From: a virus
Strand: one strand, 5' to 3'
Virus record (IMG/VR): IMGVR_UViG_3300025127_006147
Location: 64,001-128,000 of that record
DNA: 64,000 bases
The notes under the pieces were generated by a model. It ran no database searches, was not told where the DNA came from, and saw only the letters and a list, made by a program, of their open reading frames with translations. Below are positions 50,058-58,394 of the stretch, piece by piece (position 1 is the first letter of the stretch; every line of letters starts with the position of its first letter). The translations under genes and the position numbers were made by a program.

Positions 50058-52379
50058 ATGGTGAATAAAGAGGAATTAGTTAATCCTTTTATAAAGGTAA
50101 TATGGGAAGACACCCCAGAAAACTTTACGCAAGAAAAAATTAAAAGACTAAAGAGTTACTTTAAGAAAAAGTACAATTCTGATAGAGTTAATGTTCTTAC
50201 TAGGGTAACAGGTATAAATGCACCTAATAGTCCTCAGGAAGTCACAGAAAACGTCATAGATAAAGAATATCAAAAGAAGTTAGTAAAAGAATTCTTAAAA
50301 GAACAAGATGTCACTATAGATTGGGATAAATTTGTTAGATTAGATAATAGAGTAGAATCCAATATCCAAGAAGAAGATAATACAGCAAATAAAAAATGGT
50401 TTGTAAAGTGGATTGAATTTAGTAATTTTTTATCTTTCGGTGAAGATAATAAAATAGATTTTACTAGATATCCTGGTATTACAGCAATTGATTCTAACCC
50501 AGCTAATTTTGGAGGTAAAACCACACTTACAGTAGACCTGTTATTATTTTTATTTTTTAATGTCACAACTAAGTCATCAAAAGCTATAGAAGTCTTTAAT
50601 AGATTCACAGATAAAAATAGAGTTTTAGTTTGTGGAGAAGTAGAAATAGATGGTGACAGTTTTATTATTGAAAGAGGAGTTATTAGAAGACTTACAAAAA
50701 AAGGTGACTGGTCAGTAAGGACTGAATTAAATTTAAGTAAAAGATTAAGTGATGGGTCCCTACAAAACTTACAAGGAGAACAACGAAGAGAAACCGAAGA
50801 GTTTCTGAAAAACTCTATTGGGACTATGGATGACTTTCTACTCACTATTCTCACAACAGCAAACAACCTAGAAAATTTACTAGAAGCTAAACCTACCCAA
50901 AGAGGACAGATACTTACAAGATTCATTGGTTTAGAAAAATTAAAAAAGAAAGAAGAAAACTGTAAAGAAATTTATTCTGAGTGGAGTAAAAAAATTATAT
51001 CTAATCATTATAATATTAATGATTTAACTACAGACATTGATAATTTAAAAGAAGAGATTAAAGATTTAAAAAATGAGAATAAAAAATCTAGTGAAAAAAT
51101 AAAAACTCTAGATGAAAGAAACAAAGCTGGTGTTGAATATAAAGAGAAGTTAATATCTTCACAACACAACGATATAAATCCTGACCTAGTAAAAGTAAAT
51201 CCAGAAACTTTACAAGAAGAAATAGATAAAGTGGTAGAGGAGAGTAATAAATTACAAGATAAATTAAATTTAGTTAATCTGGTAAAACCTAAAGACACTT
51301 ATAATGAAGAAGAACACAAACTTTTAATTAAAGAAAATAAAACTTTAACTAGTAATGATTTAGAAATTAAATCGGATATAAAAAATATAACCAAATTAAT
51401 TAAAAATTTAGAAGAGGGTGAAATATGTTCTTTATGTAAACAACCTTTAAAAGATGTTGACCACACTCAAGAAATTAAGGATAATCAAGAAAAACTTAAA
51501 AAGTTTAATAATAACTTAATTAAGTTAACAGAGAAATTAGAAAATAGTGAAAAAGTTATTAGTGAACATGAAACGGTTAAAAATAGTTGGGAGGAGTATG
51601 ATAAAGAATCTTTAAAAAAGATAAAGGTAGAATTAGATATTAAAGAAAATCAGATAACCTTAAAAGAAAAAACTTTATTACTTAAAGATTGGGAAAGTAA
51701 CAAAAATAAATTAGAAGAAAATAGAGATATAGAAAAGAAATTGGTTTCTGCTAGAACTTTAATAGAAACTCTTGTAGCAGAAAGAGACCAGTTGAAAAGT
51801 CAAATAACTTCTAATACTTCCACTATAACACAGAAAGAAGAAGAGATAGTTGATAAGACCACTAAAATTAGTGAAATTAAAAAAGAAGAAGAGGTAGATA
51901 AGATATTTAAATCTTACCTAATTGCATATGGTAAAAACGGAATATCTAAATTAATTTTAAAGAACACCATACCATACCTCAACAGTGAACTAAATAGACT
52001 TCTTTCAGATAGTTGTGAATTTACCTTACAACTTAGAATTAATGATAGAAACGAATTAGAGTTTTGGATGGTAGATAATGGGACGGGTGTAGAAAAATTA
52101 ATGTCTACAGGTAGTGGATATGAAAAGACTATAGCTTCACTTGCATTACGTGCTGTATTATCTAAAGTATGTGCGTTACCTAAACCCAACATAGTTTGTT
52201 TTGATGAAGCTTTTGGTAAGGTGAGTGATGAGAACTTAGAATTGGTTGGTAGGTTCTTTACAAAGATTAAAGATTACTTTGAAAGAATATTTGTAATCTC
52301 TCATAATCCCCTGGTCAAAGAATGGTGTGACCAGACAATTACAGTAAAAAAAGACAATAACGTTTCTAAGATAATGTAA
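50058..52379 (+). CDS. sbcC: SbcC/Rad50/T4 gp46-like ATPase
   Basis: NFLSF, Walker A NFGGKTT, long coiled coil, Zn-hook CSLC, signature GSGYE, Walker B CFDE, ISH; ATG 50058 preferred. Confidence 0.93.
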   Translation: MVNKEELVNPFIKVIWEDTPENFTQEKIKRLKSYFKKKYNSDRVNVLTRVTGINAPNSPQEVTENVIDKEYQKKLVKEFLKEQDVTIDWDKFVRLDNRVESNIQEEDNTANKKWFVKWIEFSNFLSFGEDNKIDFTRYPGITAIDSNPANFGGKTTLTVDLLLFLFFNVTTKSSKAIEVFNRFTDKNRVLVCGEVEIDGDSFIIERGVIRRLTKKGDWSVRTELNLSKRLSDGSLQNLQGEQRRETEEFLKNSIGTMDDFLLTILTTANNLENLLEAKPTQRGQILTRFIGLEKLKKKEENCKEIYSEWSKKIISNHYNINDLTTDIDNLKEEIKDLKNENKKSSEKIKTLDERNKAGVEYKEKLISSQHNDINPDLVKVNPETLQEEIDKVVEESNKLQDKLNLVNLVKPKDTYNEEEHKLLIKENKTLTSNDLEIKSDIKNITKLIKNLEEGEICSLCKQPLKDVDHTQEIKDNQEKLKKFNNNLIKLTEKLENSEKVISEHETVKNSWEEYDKESLKKIKVELDIKENQITLKEKTLLLKDWESNKNKLEENRDIEKKLVSARTLIETLVAERDQLKSQITSNTSTITQKEEEIVDKTTKISEIKKEEEVDKIFKSYLIAYGKNGISKLILKNTIPYLNSELNRLLSDSCEFTLQLRINDRNELEFWMVDNGTGVEKLMSTGSGYEKTIASLALRAVLSKVCALPKPNIVCFDEAFGKVSDENLELVGRFFTKIKDYFERIFVISHNPLVKEWCDQTITVKKDNNVSKIM

Positions 52380-52386
52380 AATTAAT

Positions 52387-52417
52387 TTTGTAGTTTCAAT
52401 AATATTCCTTATATTTG
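52387..52417 (+). promoter_or_regulatory. Bacteroidota-type housekeeping promoter (-33/-7)
   Basis: TTTG (52387-52390), 19 nt, TATATTTG (52410-52417); matches TTTG-N19-21-TAnnTTTG. Confidence 0.75.
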
Positions 52418-52437
52418 TAGTATACAAAAAGAGAAAT

Positions 52438-52977
52438 ATGAACATCATCGAAACCACCACAAGAAAAGATTATTACGGAAGAAACATTACAACAAAAAAA
52501 ATCAAAGATGGTTTTTTTAAAGACTCTAATGTTATTTCTACATCACAAAGTGATTTGGCAAAATCAGAAAAAAATGATTGTGTGGTAAGAGCATTCATGA
52601 TGGCTTTAGATTTACCATACGACAAAGCACATAAGTTTGTTGAAACTAAACTTAAACGTCAACCACGTAAAGGAACTTACACTCGTTGTTTCATTAAAAA
52701 CATTTTGGGGCGACAAAAGAATGGTTATAAAATGAGACTAATGGGTTTCCACCCTAAGTACCAACGAAAGGGAGAGAAAAAATTGGTTAACCCTAAGTAT
52801 AAGAAAGAAACTGGTTACACTGTAAAGTCATTTATGGAACAACACCCTACAGGACGTTACTTTATGATTGTCAGAGGACATGCGGTAGCGTTGGTAGATG
52901 GAGTTCTTTATGGGAATTCTTGTGAACAGTATGACGGATTTCGTCGACCAGTAAGATATGTTATTGAGTGTAAATAA
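52438..52977 (+). CDS. hypothetical protein, possible papain/C39-like cysteine protease fold
   Basis: NDCVVRA (Cys) and RGHAVALVDG (His, Asp) spacing; has its own host-type promoter. Confidence 0.5.
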   Translation: MNIIETTTRKDYYGRNITTKKIKDGFFKDSNVISTSQSDLAKSEKNDCVVRAFMMALDLPYDKAHKFVETKLKRQPRKGTYTRCFIKNILGRQKNGYKMRLMGFHPKYQRKGEKKLVNPKYKKETGYTVKSFMEQHPTGRYFMIVRGHAVALVDGVLYGNSCEQYDGFRRPVRYVIECK

Positions 52978-53334
52978 TTAGAAGTCCATATTATCGAATG
53001 GTTCCATAAGATTACCACGATTCTTAAATCCTACACCACCCACATAAGTTTCCATGTTGTTCATTTTTCTTCTTTCGTAGTTTAGAACTGCTAAAGCTAA
53101 CTTCCTATCATATTCCTTATCATCTGTTTCAGGGACTACACCATCATAATAGATGGAACCTCTAAAACTTCTACCAGGACCACGAAAATCCATTATCTCA
53201 TTATAATCAGAATCAGACAATTCAAATTCAACATCATCTACAGGAAGTCTGTTATCCATTTCTTCATCTTGTTCGTTAATTACTTTGTTTAAAGCTTTCT
53301 TAATATCTCTTTCAGTAATTCTAATTTTACTCAT
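52978..53334 (-). CDS. putative head-internal protein (118 aa)
   Basis: True start likely ATG 53334 (MSKIRITERDIKKALNKVINEQ) since the tracked upstream extension runs through a terminator; TATTTAT 15 nt upstream. Confidence 0.6.
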   Translation of the reverse strand: MSKIRITERDIKKALNKVINEQDEEMDNRLPVDDVEFELSDSDYNEIMDFRGPGRSFRGSIYYDGVVPETDDKEYDRKLALAVLNYERRKMNNMETYVGGVGFKNRGNLMEPFDNMDF

Positions 53335-53371
53335 GGTATTCTTTTTAATATAAATATAAACAAGGTTAAAT

Positions 53372-53400
53372 AAAAAAAGGGAATCTTTCAATCCCCTTTT
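53372..53400 (-). terminator. Rho-independent terminator
   Basis: Minus strand reads AAAAGGGGAUU-GAAA-GAUUCCC-U7: GNRA-loop hairpin with U tract. Confidence 0.8.
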
Positions 53401-53417
53401 AATTAATTATTTAGTTT

Positions 53418-53480
53418 TTAACAATTGCAACAAGTACATTCACATTTGGTAGTACAGTTACATTCTTTACAATCACACAT
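53418..53480 (-). CDS. metallothionein-like micro-protein MCDCKECNCTTKCECTCCNC (20 aa, 9 Cys)
   Basis: ATG TGT GAT TGT AAA GAA TGT AAC TGT ACT ACC AAA TGT GAA TGT ACT TGT TGC AAT TGT TAA; 10-nt A-rich spacer after the upstream stop and a terminator 17 nt downstream; below the ORF-track cutoff. Confidence 0.75.
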   Translation of the reverse strand: MCDCKECNCTTKCECTCCNC

Positions 53481-53490
53481 AATAGTTTTT

Positions 53491-55800
53491 TTATTTACTA
53501 GCGTGATATCCAGCTAAAATTTCTTCACAGTCTTTTTTAGAAGAACATTTTTTAAAAATACCACCTTTTTTATTATTCATTATAACCCACTGGCCGTCTT
53601 TTTTTTTGATACATCCAGAACCTCCTTCAGATTCTGCACATCCTTTACCTTCTTTATTTTCCTTAAGAACTCTGTCTACGATTTTGTAAAGGTCAGCTTC
53701 TGTAAGTTTGATTACATTTTTATTAGATTTTTTAGAAATAGATTTTCTTCTAGGTTTTCTAGACTCAGATAATTCTTCTCTTTCGTCTTTTTCTAAATCT
53801 CCTACTAGTTTAAGTAATTCTGCTCTACTCATGTCTTTTACATTACCTCTAAATCCTCTGGAAAGGTCTTGAACAGGTGCGGAGTATTTTCCAGTTTCTG
53901 CACCTCCGAAAGGATTGTAAGCTTGTGAAGAAGTACCAAATTTTAATCCACCTTTACTGAAACCTCTTCTTCCGAAAGAAGGAGATGTATAAGAACCTCT
54001 AGCTCTCTCACTTCCTTTTTTACTTGTTGGAGCTTTTGTGGGAGTAGCACTCTTTCCAGAACTTTTACCAAATCCCTTAGGTATTAAACCACCGAAGTTA
54101 AATAAAACATATGCACCTTCAACACCAGATAGAGCAATAGTCTTAAATTTAAACGAACTAATTATACCTTCATCCATTTCATTTTCTTTAAATGCAGCTC
54201 TCATTCCCTTATCAAATGCTTTAGCGTCTGGACCTCCTTTAACTAAAGCTAATTGATATTCTCCAGAATTTACTAGTTCATACTCAAAGTCTACACCATC
54301 TATGGTAGCTTTTTCCACACTTCCAGGTTTTAAGTTGTAGGTAGACTTACCAACAGTAATATTTAAATCTGTACTAAAACCAGTTTCTTTGTTCATTTTA
54401 TGTGGACCTAATGATATACCTGGTTCATTAAGATTTGTATCTTGTGTCATAGTACCACCACCTTCACCGAATTCTGGTTTACCTTTTCCACCACCCATTT
54501 CTGTCGAAATCATGTCGTTAAATAGCATGTCAGGTGTAGTACCTGGATAATTACCATCTTTAGGTGCCCCTGCAGTCATAGTTAAAAATACAAATCTAGT
54601 AGTTCCTAATTCTTTGTTAGCTCCCATATTTACCTGTGAAACTTCGAATCCAGGATTCATCGCAGTTGCTACCTTCACATAAGTGGCAACATTATCAGAT
54701 GGTACTGCTAATAAACTAAATGGCCCAAAACTATATAGTGCCATTGGAAATCCTGCTAACTTATTACCTGCTGTGTATCCCTCTGGTTCTTGTCCATTAA
54801 GTTGAAGAGCAAGTTCACCATTTCTAAATGTTACATTCATAGGTGCAACCACTCCAGGAACAAGAGTTTTAGGTAAACCAGACTGTTTAGCAGAAACAGT
54901 CATTGTAGCACCTGGTGCAAATGCAGTGGTATTCGTAAATCCTTTAGCACTTTTCTTTCCTCCTCCTGGTGGTTCTTCTTCTCCACCTTTTTCTTTTTCT
55001 CCACCAGACTCTTCACCGCCTCCTTTTTCTCCACCAGACTCTTCACCGCCTCCTTTTTCTCCACCAGATTCTTCTCCGCCGCCTTCGCCGCCTCCTTCTT
55101 CTCCGCCGCCTTCGCCGCCTCCTTCACCTCCACCTTCTTTTTCTTGTTCGGTGAGTAATTTAACGTCTTCATACGACATTCCTTCTTCAAACATAATCAT
55201 TTGTTTGATTCGGTCTATTTGTTCTTGAATAGTAGTTTTCATAGTATTTTCATTTTCTTTATAAATATGTTTATATTCTTCTTTTACAGTATAAATATCA
55301 TTATTACTTGCAGTGGGTGCAGTGTAGTTGTCTAATTCAGGATTTCCTTTAGCTAATCCCACCAGATGACCAGCATTTTTTTGGTCTATATCTATATCTC
55401 CAAACACATCATAATTGTCACTATCGGTGTTGTTATTTTTAGTGTGGGACACTTTATTTTCTGGGTGAGTAACACCATGAATCTCAACATGGTCATCTCC
55501 TTTATGTTCATCGTCAGGATTTAAATAGTCTGGTTCAGGATGTAGTGGTCGTTTATTGGTTTCCTCATCGTTAAAATTATTACTATCAAACCAAGCAGTA
55601 CCTTCAAATGAAGGATTATCATTTTTTAATCTTGAAGGTCCCTTATCTATTCCTTCTTCTGGCCATCCCGAGGAAGGGTCCATTTCAGGAGTATTTGTTG
55701 GATGTATTCTATCTTTAGTGAAATCATTCTTTTTTACACCTTTTTTAATAGTCATTTTAGAATCATCTAGAGCCTCATTAAATCTATATGTAATTTTCAT
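53491..55800 (-). CDS. modular low-complexity protein, putative head-internal (poly)protein
   Basis: Acidic N-terminal module, IQEQIDRIKQM and LLTEQ, Gly/Glu repeat, C-terminal IKLTEADLYKIVDRVLKE plus a 4-Cys module. Confidence 0.6.
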   Translation of the reverse strand: MKITYRFNEALDDSKMTIKKGVKKNDFTKDRIHPTNTPEMDPSSGWPEEGIDKGPSRLKNDNPSFEGTAWFDSNNFNDEETNKRPLHPEPDYLNPDDEHKGDDHVEIHGVTHPENKVSHTKNNNTDSDNYDVFGDIDIDQKNAGHLVGLAKGNPELDNYTAPTASNNDIYTVKEEYKHIYKENENTMKTTIQEQIDRIKQMIMFEEGMSYEDVKLLTEQEKEGGGEGGGEGGGEEGGGEGGGEESGGEKGGGEESGGEKGGGEESGGEKEKGGEEEPPGGGKKSAKGFTNTTAFAPGATMTVSAKQSGLPKTLVPGVVAPMNVTFRNGELALQLNGQEPEGYTAGNKLAGFPMALYSFGPFSLLAVPSDNVATYVKVATAMNPGFEVSQVNMGANKELGTTRFVFLTMTAGAPKDGNYPGTTPDMLFNDMISTEMGGGKGKPEFGEGGGTMTQDTNLNEPGISLGPHKMNKETGFSTDLNITVGKSTYNLKPGSVEKATIDGVDFEYELVNSGEYQLALVKGGPDAKAFDKGMRAAFKENEMDEGIISSFKFKTIALSGVEGAYVLFNFGGLIPKGFGKSSGKSATPTKAPTSKKGSERARGSYTSPSFGRRGFSKGGLKFGTSSQAYNPFGGAETGKYSAPVQDLSRGFRGNVKDMSRAELLKLVGDLEKDEREELSESRKPRRKSISKKSNKNVIKLTEADLYKIVDRVLKENKEGKGCAESEGGSGCIKKKDGQWVIMNNKKGGIFKKCSSKKDCEEILAGYHASK
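54991..55135 (-). repeat. GC-rich 30-bp and 27-bp tandem repeats encoding Gly/Glu linker
   Basis: ccaccagactcttcaccgcctcctttttct identical at 55001-55030 and 55031-55060; cttctccgccgccttcgccgcctcctt identical at 55071-55097 and 55098-55124. Confidence 0.92.
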
Positions 55801-55807
55801 CAGTTAT

Positions 55808-55839
55808 TTTGTTTTATTAAATAAATATTACTATATTTG
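55808..55839 (+). promoter_or_regulatory. Bacteroidota-type housekeeping promoter within a divergent regulatory region
   Basis: TTTG (55808-55811), 20 nt, TATATTTG (55832-55839); TATTTAT motifs on both strands in the same 60 bp. Confidence 0.72.
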
Positions 55840-55860
55840 TTAAATAAAATATTTATAGAT

Positions 55861-56415
55861 ATGAAGAGAAAGAAAAATTATTTTTTATTTATTGTTGGAA
55901 ACTTTACAGACCCATCTACCGTACATAATAATATTACTGATACCATTCACACTTTAACTATGTTATTAAATGAAAGTACTCTAAGATACATTCATCATGA
56001 TAATTTAATGGTGTGTCATTTTCAAAGTGTAGATACCCTAGAAGAGATAGATTGGATGTTAAGTAATACATTTAATGAAAATATTATAGCTTATTTCTTA
56101 ATTCCAAAGCCTAGACAAATGGGAGTAAGACTAGAAAAAGATTTAGAAAAACATCTAACAGATTTAAAATCTAAACCTAATACGGACCAACCTAAAATTG
56201 ACGAGAATATAGGTATAGGATTTAAACATATTGGTGAGATATTCACTTCAATGAAAGAAGACATGGATATTATATTTAAAATGCCTAATAATAAATCTGA
56301 ACTTCCTACAGTTACTTATAATGTCGATGAAATATTAGATAAAATAAATGAAAAAGGAATTAACTCCTTAACTATTGAAGAAAAAGAATTTCTAGACGAA
56401 CAAAGTAAAAAATGA
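55861..56415 (+). CDS. hypothetical protein with C-terminal DUF6576-like helix pair
   Basis: VDEILDKINEKGINSLTIEEKEFL; ATG 55861 preferred because TTG 55837 lies within the promoter. Confidence 0.6.
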   Translation: MKRKKNYFLFIVGNFTDPSTVHNNITDTIHTLTMLLNESTLRYIHHDNLMVCHFQSVDTLEEIDWMLSNTFNENIIAYFLIPKPRQMGVRLEKDLEKHLTDLKSKPNTDQPKIDENIGIGFKHIGEIFTSMKEDMDIIFKMPNNKSELPTVTYNVDEILDKINEKGINSLTIEEKEFLDEQSKK

Positions 56416-56465
56416 CAGTATAACTGACAAAATGTCAGTAAAAATACTATGGTATACAAATTGAT
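56413..56465 (+). promoter_or_regulatory. TGACA palindrome plus sigma54-type -24/-12 element upstream of the sigma gene
   Basis: ACTGACA-AAA-TGTCAGT (56423-56439), an extra TGACAG at 56413, and TGGTAT-ACAAA-TTGAT (56450-56465) with TGGCAC-N5-TTGC spacing. Confidence 0.5.
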
Positions 56466-56489
56466 TATTAACCTTATTAAATTATATAA

Positions 56490-57284
56490 ATGAAAAAAAC
56501 AGGACCCTTCATCAACCAAGAAGAAATTTCTCACTACTTAAAAGACGTGAGGAAAATAGACGTACTTACAGTTAATAGAGAAAAAATGTTAGCTAAAATA
56601 ATGTTGAACGACCCCACCCCAGAACAAAAAGAACAAATAGAAAAAGAATTAATGTTAGGTAATTTAAGATTTGTTATTAGTGTTGCAAGAGACTACCAAA
56701 ATCAAGGGGTAGATTTACCAGATTTAATAGCCGAAGGAAATCACGGACTTCTAAAGGCTATTAGAAATTTTGATTGGAGTAAAGGAAATAGATTTATTTC
56801 ATACGCGGTATGGTGGGTGAAACAATCAATATTTCAATGTCTTAATGAACACGCAAGAACCATTCGTCTCCCAGCTAATGTAGTACAAGAGGTACAAAAA
56901 GCTAAAAAAATGAGTGAAAAGGAAAATTATGTGATGGATAGTAAACTACAAAATTTGCCTTATACCACCAACTTAGATAGACCTATAAATGAAGAAGGTG
57001 ATACACTAGTTACAATAATAGAAAATGAAAATGCTCAAAACCCTGAAGATATATTTGATACTGACGAACAGTTAAAAGTAGAACTTAGAAAAATAATGAC
57101 AGTATTAGATGATAGGGAGATGAGAATTGTTGGAGACTATTTTGGTCTGACTGGTACACCTAGAACATTATCGGACATCGGTGATGATTTTAACCTAACT
57201 AAAGAAAGAGTTAGACAAATTAAAGAAAAAGCATTACGTAAATTACGTAATGAGAGTAGAGAACTTCTAGATTATATACTGTAA
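56490..57284 (+). CDS. rpoD: RNA polymerase sigma70-family factor, RpoD-like, no region 1.1
   Basis: YLKDV (1.2), GNLRFVISVA, DLIAEGNHGLLKA, RFISYAVWW, RTIRLP, HTH TLSDIG..FNLTKERVRQIKEKALRKLR. Confidence 0.93.
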   Translation: MKKTGPFINQEEISHYLKDVRKIDVLTVNREKMLAKIMLNDPTPEQKEQIEKELMLGNLRFVISVARDYQNQGVDLPDLIAEGNHGLLKAIRNFDWSKGNRFISYAVWWVKQSIFQCLNEHARTIRLPANVVQEVQKAKKMSEKENYVMDSKLQNLPYTTNLDRPINEEGDTLVTIIENENAQNPEDIFDTDEQLKVELRKIMTVLDDREMRIVGDYFGLTGTPRTLSDIGDDFNLTKERVRQIKEKALRKLRNESRELLDYIL

Positions 57285-57314
57285 TTTATATTTATATTAT
57301 ATAATGTATGAATT

Positions 57315-58394
57315 ATGAGAGAAAAAATATTTCCTTTTCTAATAGCTTTATCCGCTCTTAGTGTTTCTGCATCCGCAGCTTTTTATTCCGTTTTTGGGTT
57401 GAGTAAATTATTTGCAGGAGCTTCCACCCAGGTAATGGTCATGGCGGGGTCACTAGAGTTCGCAAAGTTAGTATCAGCTTCTTTACTGTACCAATATTGG
57501 AGAACAATAAATAAATGGTTACGATTTTACTTATCTGTCGCAGTATTTGTTCTAATAGTGATAACCAGTGGTGGGATATACGGATTTCTTTCAGGAGCAT
57601 ATCAAGAAACTGCAACTAAGTCAGAATTATTAGATAAAGGATTAAAAGTAGTAGAACTAAAACAAACTAGATTTGAAGAACAAAAAACTGATTTAACATT
57701 AGAAAAATCACAAATAAATCAAAGTATTACCGATTTAAGAACCTCATTATCTAATCCAGCACAAGTACAATATGTAGATAGAGCTTCTGGACAATTAATA
57801 ACTACCACTTCTAGTTCTGCAAGAAGAGCACTAGAGAAGGAATTAAAAAATACAATAAGTGAACGTGATACCCTAAATGTTAGATTAGAAGCTGTACAAG
57901 ATTCATTACTCAAATTAGATAAAGAAATACTTAATTTAGAAATATCAAATGAAGACCAAAGAGAACTAGGCCCACTTAAGTATTTGGCAGAAGTCACAGG
58001 GTACCCCATGAATAAAGTAGTTAATTGGTTTTTACTACTTATTATATTTGTATTTGACCCCTTGGCTATAGCAATGGTTATAGCTGCGAATTTCGCGTTT
58101 TCAAAAACCCGTAAAAAAGAAAAAGAAGTTCCATCACCCCACTATTCACCCCAACCTACCATTCCTAGAGAAGTTATAATGCAAGAATTAGATGAAGAAA
58201 AAATAAATGAAGTAAGTACGATGGTGGGTAAAGAAGAAAAAAAATTACAACCCATAAAACCTTCTGAAGAAGACTTGAAAAAATTAGAACAAGTGTTAGG
58301 TTTAGATAAAAATGAAGATGTGATAGAAGACATTGAAAAGAATAAAAAAACACTAACTTACCGAAAAAGAGGTGGAAACAACGATAACACATAA
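57315..58394 (+). CDS. membrane protein with central coiled coil
   Basis: Three N-terminal hydrophobic helices, long heptad region, GPLKYLA followed by TM LIIFVFDPLAIAMV. Confidence 0.65.
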   Translation: MREKIFPFLIALSALSVSASAAFYSVFGLSKLFAGASTQVMVMAGSLEFAKLVSASLLYQYWRTINKWLRFYLSVAVFVLIVITSGGIYGFLSGAYQETATKSELLDKGLKVVELKQTRFEEQKTDLTLEKSQINQSITDLRTSLSNPAQVQYVDRASGQLITTTSSSARRALEKELKNTISERDTLNVRLEAVQDSLLKLDKEILNLEISNEDQRELGPLKYLAEVTGYPMNKVVNWFLLLIIFVFDPLAIAMVIAANFAFSKTRKKEKEVPSPHYSPQPTIPREVIMQELDEEKINEVSTMVGKEEKKLQPIKPSEEDLKKLEQVLGLDKNEDVIEDIEKNKKTLTYRKRGGNNDNT

